Positions 57,627 through 64,000 of a DNA stretch of 64,000 nucleotides are shown one piece after another. The DNA lies in contig JAERTI010000038.1 of assembly GCA_016844925.1 (NCBI GenBank), forward strand, positions 130,936-194,935. The letters are read 5' to 3'. The notes below the pieces were generated by a model. That model searched no databases, was not told the origin of the DNA, and worked only from the letters and a program-made list of their open reading frames with translations. The stretch is from Candidatus Uhrbacteria bacterium (GTDB lineage Bacteria; Patescibacteriota; Patescibacteriia; UBA9934; GWF2-40-263). The stretch's first letter is position 1; each line of letters starts with the position of its first letter. The position numbers were made by a program, and so were the translations under genes.

Positions 57627-58589
57627 ATGTTGACAAACATTTTCATGGTCCTTGGGGGCTTCCTACTTCTGATCAAAGGGTCAGATTATTTTGTTACTGG
57701 TGCGGCTTCGCTCGCGCGGCAACTCGGGATCCCGGCGCTGGTCGTTGGACTCACGATTGTTTCTATCGGAACGTCCGCTCCTGAGCTCTTCGTGAACGTC
57801 ATCGCCGCATTCCGTGGCGCGACAGATCTGTCTATTGGAAACGTTCTTGGATCCAACCTTGCTGACATTTTGCTCGGACTCGGTGTGGCATCAATGTTTG
57901 TCCCGCTCACCCTAAGAGGGTCCACAGTTTGGAAAGAAATTCCGTTCTCGCTGCTGTCGGCGATTTTTATTTTTGTGTTCGGAAGTGATTACTTGCTCGA
58001 CGGCATCCTCCCTAACGCCATCACACGGACCGATGGTGTGGCGCTCTTGGGAATGTTCATCATTTTTATGGTGTACACGCTGGGGGTGAAGAAGCAGGGG
58101 GAGCAGCCGCAGTCCAAGATTGAAATCATCCCAATGAAGACGACATTGTTCCTGATCTTCTCAGGTGTCCTTGGGTTGGCTGTTGGTGGGTACATTACGG
58201 TTGAGGGGGCTGTGGGCATTGCTGGCTTGATGGGACTTTCAGAGAACTTGATTGGTTTGACGGTGGTGGCGGCTGGTACGTCTCTTCCTGAAATCATGAC
58301 GGCTGTTGCGGCCGCCAAGAAGAATCAGGTCGATTTGGTGGTTGGAGGGATTGTTGGAACGATTATTTTCAACGCGCTGTTCGTGCTCGGAACGACAGCC
58401 GTTTTGCATCCGCTGCCATTTGCCCAGGAGAACATCGTTGACGCTCTGGCGGTGATTGCGGCAACCGTATTCCTCTTTTTTGCCTTGTTTACTGGGAAAC
58501 GGGATAGTCGCACGATTAGCAGGGATGAAGGGATTATCTTTATTGTGATGTACGTGGGCTATATCATCTTCGCCATCATGCGTGGATAA
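57627..58589 (+). CDS. Ca2+/cation antiporter (CaCA family, YrbG-like Na+/Ca2+ exchanger)
   Basis: Alpha-1 (GLTIVSIGTSAPELFV) and alpha-2 (GLTVVAAGTSLPEIM) repeats with the G-[ST]-S-x-P-E motif. A TATAAT box lies 10 nt upstream of the ATG, so the mRNA is possibly leaderless. Confidence 0.88.
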   Translation: MLTNIFMVLGGFLLLIKGSDYFVTGAASLARQLGIPALVVGLTIVSIGTSAPELFVNVIAAFRGATDLSIGNVLGSNLADILLGLGVASMFVPLTLRGSTVWKEIPFSLLSAIFIFVFGSDYLLDGILPNAITRTDGVALLGMFIIFMVYTLGVKKQGEQPQSKIEIIPMKTTLFLIFSGVLGLAVGGYITVEGAVGIAGLMGLSENLIGLTVVAAGTSLPEIMTAVAAAKKNQVDLVVGGIVGTIIFNALFVLGTTAVLHPLPFAQENIVDALAVIAATVFLFFALFTGKRDSRTISRDEGIIFIVMYVGYIIFAIMRG

Positions 58590-58637
58590 GTCGGCCTATG
58601 GTATAAAACGGGGGATAGCCCCCGTTTCTTTATTTCT

Positions 58638-60416
58638 ATGGAACCCAAAGACGAGATCAAAGAAAAATGCGACCTCAAGGAGCTCATTGGTGAGTATGTC
58701 CCGCTCAAGCCAGCGGGGAGCGACTCCTATAAGGGTCTGTGTCCGTTTCATGGCGAGAAGACGCCTAGTTTTCATGTTTCGCCGGACAAACAGATTTGGC
58801 ATTGCTTTGGATGTGGGGAAGGGGGAGACTGTTTTAGTTTTGTGATGCGCATGGAGGGCATGACCTTCCCTGAAGCACTGGTGCATCTTGGTGCTAAGAC
58901 GGGCGTGGAGATTCGTCGCATGACATCAACGAAATCGAACCTGCGTCAGCGGATGTTGGAGATTAACGAGCTGACCCAAAAGTTTTTTGCAAAAGTACTG
59001 AGCGACTCCACGGGAGCGGCACCAGCGCGCGCCTATGTAAACAATCGCGGCATCCCACCGGAGCTGGTGCAGAAGTTTGGATTGGGGTTTGCGCCCGATG
59101 AGTGGGATGCGCTTTCGAAGTTTCTTGTTAGTAAGGGGTACAAAGAGAGTGAGCTTGTACAGGCGGGTGTGTCCATGAAGAAAAAGAGCGGGCGTGGTGT
59201 GATTGATCGGTTCCGCAATCGGCTCATGATTCCACTGAGAGATCATCATGGGAACACGGCGGGGTTCACGGGGCGACAGATGCCCGGTGATGATCATGGT
59301 CCTAAGTACATGAACTCACCTGAGACGCCGGTGTATAACAAGTCGGAGATTGTTTACGGATTGGACTTGGCCAAGCGGGCTGCGCGCACGTCGGGCGCGT
59401 TGGTTATTACAGAGGGGAATCTTGATGTGGTCTCGTCGCACAAGGCGGGCGTGGAGAATATTGTGGCAAGTTCAGGAACGGCACTGACATCGGCACAGCT
59501 CTCACTGATGAAGCGTTACTCCGACACAATTATTTTTGCGTTCGATAGCGATGCTGCAGGATTCGAAGCCGCGAAGAAGGGAATGGTGCTCGCGCGAGAG
59601 CTTGGAATGGATTTGCGTGCGGCGATTTTGCCTGATGACGTGAAAGACCCAGACGAGCTTGTGCAGAAAGATCCAGCAAAGTGGAAAGAGCTTGTGCAGA
59701 CCAGTGTGCCTATCATGGAGTTTTTGATTGCCCACGTGACACGAGGGAAAGACCTACGGAAAATTGATGATAAGCGGGCTGTGGCAGGGGAGCTGCTCCC
59801 AGCGATTTCACAGATGCAGACCGTGGTGGAGCGGGAGCACTGGCTACAAGTCGTCGCAGATTTGCTCAGTATAGACATTCATGAGTTGCGAAAGGCTGTC
59901 GATCCGGTAAAGACGGTTGAGGCAAAAAAACCTGAAACAAAGGCGAAGCAAGAGCGGGTGCAAGTCTCTAAGCTTGAGAAGGCGCGGCGGCTGTTGTTTG
60001 GGTGGGCCACGGGCTCAGACGAGGTATTTGCGAAGGCTACCGACCGATTAAAGGCTGTGTTGGGGGAAGAAGATCTGTGGATAACGCTTTACAATTTGGC
60101 GGCTACCACGTATGATTCCACCAGTCAATCAGCACAAAAATCTTATTTTTCGCGGATACGAGAAGCGCTCAATGGCCACCCGCAGCAAGAATCCCTCGAG
60201 GCTCTTCTTGACTCATCAACTCTCATGGCTGAGCAAACTTTTCAAAATCTTCCGCCACAAAAGGTGCTGGAACATGTCGAAACACTCTTCGCCCTCCTGG
60301 AGAGTCACGCGCACAAACAAGGGCGCGATCAGCTTGCACGCGATCTGAGGCTCGCAGAGCAAGCAGGAGATACAGACGCTGTGGCAAGATTGCTACAGCA
60401 ACTTCAAGACCGTTAA
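58638..60416 (+). CDS. dnaG: DNA primase
   Basis: Zinc ribbon (CPFHGEKTPSFHV...WHCFGCGEGGD), a TOPRIM domain (ITEGNLDV...FDSDAAG), and the MMS operon context with rpoD downstream. Confidence 0.92.
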   Translation: MEPKDEIKEKCDLKELIGEYVPLKPAGSDSYKGLCPFHGEKTPSFHVSPDKQIWHCFGCGEGGDCFSFVMRMEGMTFPEALVHLGAKTGVEIRRMTSTKSNLRQRMLEINELTQKFFAKVLSDSTGAAPARAYVNNRGIPPELVQKFGLGFAPDEWDALSKFLVSKGYKESELVQAGVSMKKKSGRGVIDRFRNRLMIPLRDHHGNTAGFTGRQMPGDDHGPKYMNSPETPVYNKSEIVYGLDLAKRAARTSGALVITEGNLDVVSSHKAGVENIVASSGTALTSAQLSLMKRYSDTIIFAFDSDAAGFEAAKKGMVLARELGMDLRAAILPDDVKDPDELVQKDPAKWKELVQTSVPIMEFLIAHVTRGKDLRKIDDKRAVAGELLPAISQMQTVVEREHWLQVVADLLSIDIHELRKAVDPVKTVEAKKPETKAKQERVQVSKLEKARRLLFGWATGSDEVFAKATDRLKAVLGEEDLWITLYNLAATTYDSTSQSAQKSYFSRIREALNGHPQQESLEALLDSSTLMAEQTFQNLPPQKVLEHVETLFALLESHAHKQGRDQLARDLRLAEQAGDTDAVARLLQQLQDR

Positions 60417-60431
60417 TGCATTTTTTTAGTT

Positions 60432-61721
60432 ATGCCCGCAAAGAAAACGACAACGGCCAAAAAGACTGGGGGGAAGAAAGCACCTGCAAAAAAGAAGACA
60501 ACCGTAGCTAAGAAGAAGACGGCTACGAAGAAGGTCGCCAAGCCAAAGGCTGCGGCCAAGAAAGCACCGGCGAAGAAAAAGGCTCCGGCAAAGAAGAAGC
60601 CTGCGGTGAAGAAAGAGCGATACAAACGTTCTGAGGCGCCGTCGCAGGAAGTGCTCGAGCAACTTGTGCGCAAGGGAATGCGTCGCGGGTACATTACCGA
60701 GAATGAGATCCTCTTTACGTTTAAAGAGATTGAGGACTACTTAGACGTCTTTGATAGTTTTCTTGATGAACTTGAGCGTGTGGGAGTTCACTTTGTTGAG
60801 GTGAAGGAAGGAATCCTTGGGCGTACAAAAGAACGTGACGAGGTGTACGACAAGATTCGCGTGAGTGAAGATGCGCGTCGGATCTCTATGCCGGATATCA
60901 CACAAGACTCTATCCAGATGTACTTGCGTGAGATTGGAAAGATTCCGTTGCTTACGGCTGAGCAGGAGGTGGCGCTGGCCAAGCGCAAGGAGCGTCTTGA
61001 GAAAGAGGCTGAGCGCCGACTGATTGAGGCGAACTTGCGACTGGTGGTGTCTATTGCCAAGAAGTTCGTTGGAAAGTCCATGTCGCTTCTGGATTTGATT
61101 CAGGAGGGAAACGTAGGGCTCTTCCGTGCGGTCAAGAAGTTTGAATACCGAAAAGGATATAAGTTCTCTACCTACGCCACGTGGTGGATCCGACAGGCGA
61201 TCACCCGTGCACTCGCTGACCAGTCTCGAACCATTCGTATTCCGGTGCACATGGTTGAGACGATTAACAAGTTCCGACAGATTGAGCGTCAGCTCATTCA
61301 GGACTTGGGTCGTGAGCCTCTTGCTGAAGAGATTGCGGCTGAGATGGGGCAGACGGTAGTAAAGGTGCGCCATATTCGAAAAATTTCTCAGGATACGGTT
61401 TCGATCAACGCGGCCGTTGGTGATGACGATGACGATTCCAAGCTTGAGGACTTCATTGAGGACATCAAGACGATTTCACCAGATCGTACGGCGGCGCGTG
61501 AGCTTCTCAAGGACTATGTGAATGAGTCCATGAAAGATCTGACGCCACGTGAGCAGAAGATTCTGGAGATGCGTTTTGGTCTGACAGACGGTGTGTCCCA
61601 TACCTTGGAGGAAGTTGGACGAGAGTTTGACGTGACGCGTGAGCGTATTCGTCAGATTGAGGCGAAGGCGCTTGAGAAGATTCAGGCGAATCCTTTAATC
61701 GAGAAGTTGCGGGATTACTAA
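60432..61721 (+). CDS. rpoD: RNA polymerase sigma factor RpoD (sigma-70) with Lys/Ala-rich N-terminal extension
   Basis: Regions 2-4 are conserved ([29 protein letters not shown]; [15 protein letters not shown]...[20 protein letters not shown]). The N-terminal ~60 aa are AKK/PAKKK repeats. Confidence 0.92.
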   Translation: MPAKKTTTAKKTGGKKAPAKKKTTVAKKKTATKKVAKPKAAAKKAPAKKKAPAKKKPAVKKERYKRSEAPSQEVLEQLVRKGMRRGYITENEILFTFKEIEDYLDVFDSFLDELERVGVHFVEVKEGILGRTKERDEVYDKIRVSEDARRISMPDITQDSIQMYLREIGKIPLLTAEQEVALAKRKERLEKEAERRLIEANLRLVVSIAKKFVGKSMSLLDLIQEGNVGLFRAVKKFEYRKGYKFSTYATWWIRQAITRALADQSRTIRIPVHMVETINKFRQIERQLIQDLGREPLAEEIAAEMGQTVVKVRHIRKISQDTVSINAAVGDDDDDSKLEDFIEDIKTISPDRTAARELLKDYVNESMKDLTPREQKILEMRFGLTDGVSHTLEEVGREFDVTRERIRQIEAKALEKIQANPLIEKLRDY

Positions 61722-61812
61722 GATAGAGGAAAAGCAGGGTCTTAGGGCTCTGCTTTTTTGATAACAAAAAGACCACGTCAGTTGATGTGGTCGGAAGTAT
61801 TGGCTCGGTGCA

Positions 61813-62787
61813 CTACCGAGGTTGACGTGGGGCCCAGTAGTGGGCAACGTCGATGATCTCGGGGACCTGCCAGGGGCGCAGGAACGCGGCTGATCCGACG
61901 AAGATGCTTGTGGCACCAGCCTGGAAGAGGCTGATGGCATCTTCGGCACAGAGAATGCCGCCACCGGCGTTGATGTGGCCGGTGTAGCCCAGGCGTCGCG
62001 CCTCGAGTACCCAGTTGCGGACCAGGGGCAGGAGCGGCGCTCCGGAGAGATCGCCGCCCGTGTAGCCGCGCTTGACCAGCGGGGACTCGGGGTTGCTGCC
62101 GAAGTAGCGGTCCCAGTCGATCTGCTCAGGCAGGGCTCGCCACGGAATCGCGTTGGAGATGCAGATGCCGCTGCAGGCCGGGTGCCCCGCAAACTCGAGT
62201 GCGGTGTGCACTGGGTACAGCACGTTGATCTTCACGAAGATCGGAACTTCGAGCTCCTCCAGTATCTCGAGGATCTCGTTGACCTCGAGGTTGAGTTCGT
62301 GCAGGTCCACGTGGGTGTTCGGGCAGCTGATGTTCACCTGCAGTCCGAACGGTGCCTTGAAGGCGTGCTTGTGCGTGCGCAGAGCCGTCAGCAGCTCAAC
62401 GAACTCGATCAGGCGCAAGGCGTGATCGCCAGCCAAAGACATGAAGCTGATCAGGAACGGCTTGGTGCGCGTCTGCCACTTGCCGTCGGTCAGGTGGGCC
62501 ATGAACCCCTTGTTGGTCAGACCAACGGAGTTGAGGCCAACCGGATCGGCGCGCAGCGGCTTGGCGATGATGCAGTCCGGCAGCAGGCGCTTGTGCCAGG
62601 GGGCGTCCTCGCGAGGCATGTTGCCCTCGCGCGGCTCCCACGTGACCGTCTTGGCCACGAAGGTCATGCCCGAGAAGTTCAAGCCCAGCCATTGGGCAAC
62701 GCTGTGCCAGGAATACCCTTCGCCGTAGAACCCCTGAACGCCAGAGGCGCCCATGACGGGTCCAAAGTTGATGTTTGGTGTGGACAT
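61813..62787 (-). CDS. dihydroorotate dehydrogenase-like FMN TIM-barrel oxidoreductase (DHOD/DHPD family)
   Basis: GLNSVGLTNKGF, NISCPNT (active-site Cys loop) and GGGI motifs, as in class 1 DHOD-like enzymes. The exact substrate is uncertain. The gene is GC-rich. Confidence 0.65.
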   Translation of the reverse strand: MSTPNINFGPVMGASGVQGFYGEGYSWHSVAQWLGLNFSGMTFVAKTVTWEPREGNMPREDAPWHKRLLPDCIIAKPLRADPVGLNSVGLTNKGFMAHLTDGKWQTRTKPFLISFMSLAGDHALRLIEFVELLTALRTHKHAFKAPFGLQVNISCPNTHVDLHELNLEVNEILEILEELEVPIFVKINVLYPVHTALEFAGHPACSGICISNAIPWRALPEQIDWDRYFGSNPESPLVKRGYTGGDLSGAPLLPLVRNWVLEARRLGYTGHINAGGGILCAEDAISLFQAGATSIFVGSAAFLRPWQVPEIIDVAHYWAPRQPR

Positions 62788-62852
62788 CTTTCCTCCTGGC
62801 GCTCATTAAACGTTGGCAGAGCTCCTACGTCAAATGTTATACTTAGGCCGAT

Positions 62853-64000
62853 ATGAAACTCTTTAAACGTTGGTGGTTTTGGCTCATTGTTGTTGTGATT
62901 CTTGCGGTCGCAGCCTTTTTTCTTGTTCCACGCGAAGTGGAGCTTGTTTATGTAACAGAAACGGTCGAGGTGAGTGATCTGATTCAGACCGTTGATGCCA
63001 ATGGAGAAGTTGTCTCCATTGACGAGGTGGAACTTTCGTTTGATCTCTCCGGAACGATCGAGAGTGTCTTGGCGGCTGTGGGTGATGTGGTAGAAGTCGG
63101 CGACGTGCTTTTGCAGCTCGACACCACGGAACTTTCGGCAGACGTGAGTGCCGCGTATCAGGCCGTGCAGGTCGCGCTTTCCAATCTTGACCAGCAGCGC
63201 GCGGGTTCAACGGATGAAGCCATTGAGGTTGCCAGCCTCGCGGCGGATGCGGCGGGTGTGACAAAGACGATGGCCGATGTGGACGTGCTCGATGCAACAG
63301 AGTTACTTACGCTTACACAGGTGCGCTACAACGCTGACTCTGATTATGCCGGGGCAGTTGCGCAGACCGCATTAGATAATTACAACCAGACGGTTTCATC
63401 CAATGCATTGAGTCTTGCTGATGCCTATGATGATTTGTTGAGTGCGGCGTGGGCGGGTGTTGTTGAGGCCAGAGCTGGGCTTGGTCAAGCTGATGAAGTG
63501 CTAGGGGTGAACAACGGAGTGTTTAATGATGCGTATGAGACGGTACTCTCGGCACAGAATACTGGTGTGCTAGAGACGGCCCGCTCGGCGTTTGGAACGG
63601 CTGAGAATGCTCTTATTGACGCTGAGGGTGTCATTTTGTCTGCGGGGTATGCCGCAAGTTCTGGAACAATCGTGAGTGCAGCCGAGGCGGTTGAGGATGC
63701 TCTTGATGCCGTTTCTCGACTTTTGCTTTATACAGATCAGGTTGTACAGGGAACGGTGACAAGTGGATCGTTTACCGCAAGTGAGCTAAGTGCGCTCATT
63801 GACACGGTTGATGCGGCACGTCGTGCGGTTCAGATTGATCAAGCGGCGCTGCAGAATGCGTTCCAAGTGGTTTCAGGTGCGCTCATCGATGCCGATGCCG
63901 CTCTGGAAGATGCGGCGAATGCATTGAGTGAAGCGCAGGCAAATCTGGATGCGAAGGAATCTTTGGAGGCGTATTCTGTGGCCACAGCTGAGCAGGCTCT
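62853..64000 (+). CDS. HlyD/efflux periplasmic adaptor-like protein (3'-partial; runs off the window end)
   Basis: N-terminal TM anchor (WWFWLIVVVILAVAAFFLV), then a biotinyl/lipoyl-like beta segment (VSIDEVELSFDLSGTIESVLAAVGDVVEVGDVLLQLD), then a long alpha-helical hairpin. No stop occurs before 64000. Confidence 0.6.
   Translation, partial: MKLFKRWWFWLIVVVILAVAAFFLVPREVELVYVTETVEVSDLIQTVDANGEVVSIDEVELSFDLSGTIESVLAAVGDVVEVGDVLLQLDTTELSADVSAAYQAVQVALSNLDQQRAGSTDEAIEVASLAADAAGVTKTMADVDVLDATELLTLTQVRYNADSDYAGAVAQTALDNYNQTVSSNALSLADAYDDLLSAAWAGVVEARAGLGQADEVLGVNNGVFNDAYETVLSAQNTGVLETARSAFGTAENALIDAEGVILSAGYAASSGTIVSAAEAVEDALDAVSRLLLYTDQVVQGTVTSGSFTASELSALIDTVDAARRAVQIDQAALQNAFQVVSGALIDADAALEDAANALSEAQANLDAKESLEAYSVATAEQA

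Noticed and set aside
60432-60640. Repetitive gcaaagaag / gcaccggc DNA that could be a tandem repeat or CRISPR-like array
   Set aside because: It is in-frame coding sequence for the Lys/Ala-rich N-terminal extension of RpoD (AKKAPAKKK repeats). The units are irregular and no spacer/repeat periodicity is present.

Overview
The window is a 64 kb chromosomal segment from a small-genome bacterium; gene content and pilus/competence-type genes resemble a CPR/Patescibacteria-like lineage, but this is inference. GC content is mixed, with several clearly GC-richer patches. GC statements are eyeballed from the sequence; no statistics were run.

Supportable housekeeping genes are mraZ-rsmH-ftsL (a truncated dcw cluster head), cysS, dnaX, lepA, recJ, rnhA, ligA, gatC-gatA, lgt and dnaG-rpoD. 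Other identifiable products are a Dus, a RimK-like ATP-grasp protein, an SDR oxidoreductase, a TauE/SafE permease, a SemiSWEET-like transporter, an MFS transporter, a CaCA antiporter, a DUF389 protein, a DHOD-like enzyme, a Cys/Met-metabolism PLP enzyme and a beta-CASP MBL nuclease. A type IV pilus module is present: pilM, a prepilin-type pilin and prepilin peptidase pilD. Two tRNAs are present: tRNA-Gln(CUG) on the + strand and tRNA-Ser(GGA) on the - strand.

The most notable structure is a roughly 9.4 kb integrated element at tRNA-Gln (about 12394-21849). It carries a tyrosine integrase, an excisionase-like wHTH protein and Cys-rich small proteins. Its cargo is AT-richer and ends in an operon encoding a 1013-aa helical protein with no recognisable catalytic motif plus two SAM-dependent methyltransferases. 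The element is bounded by an imperfect direct repeat of about 60 nt that reproduces the tRNA 3' end plus its downstream terminator.

Other points of interest:
- An ECF sigma / putative anti-sigma module sits immediately after ftsL, where ftsI is expected.
- An orphan conjugation-type P-loop ATPase (VirD4/TraG/VirB4-like) is translationally coupled to a Pro/Glu-rich protein.
- A beta-CASP nuclease gene overlaps a long PRTase-domain protein gene.
- A tandem pair of paralogous small proteins shares an Rx4H motif.
- Two GC-rich secreted YARHG-domain proteins lie in tandem.
- A standalone ClpX-type zinc-finger protein precedes ligA.
- A GC-rich insertion splits the pilus module.
- There are several candidate small ORFs, structured intergenic elements and apparently leaderless starts.
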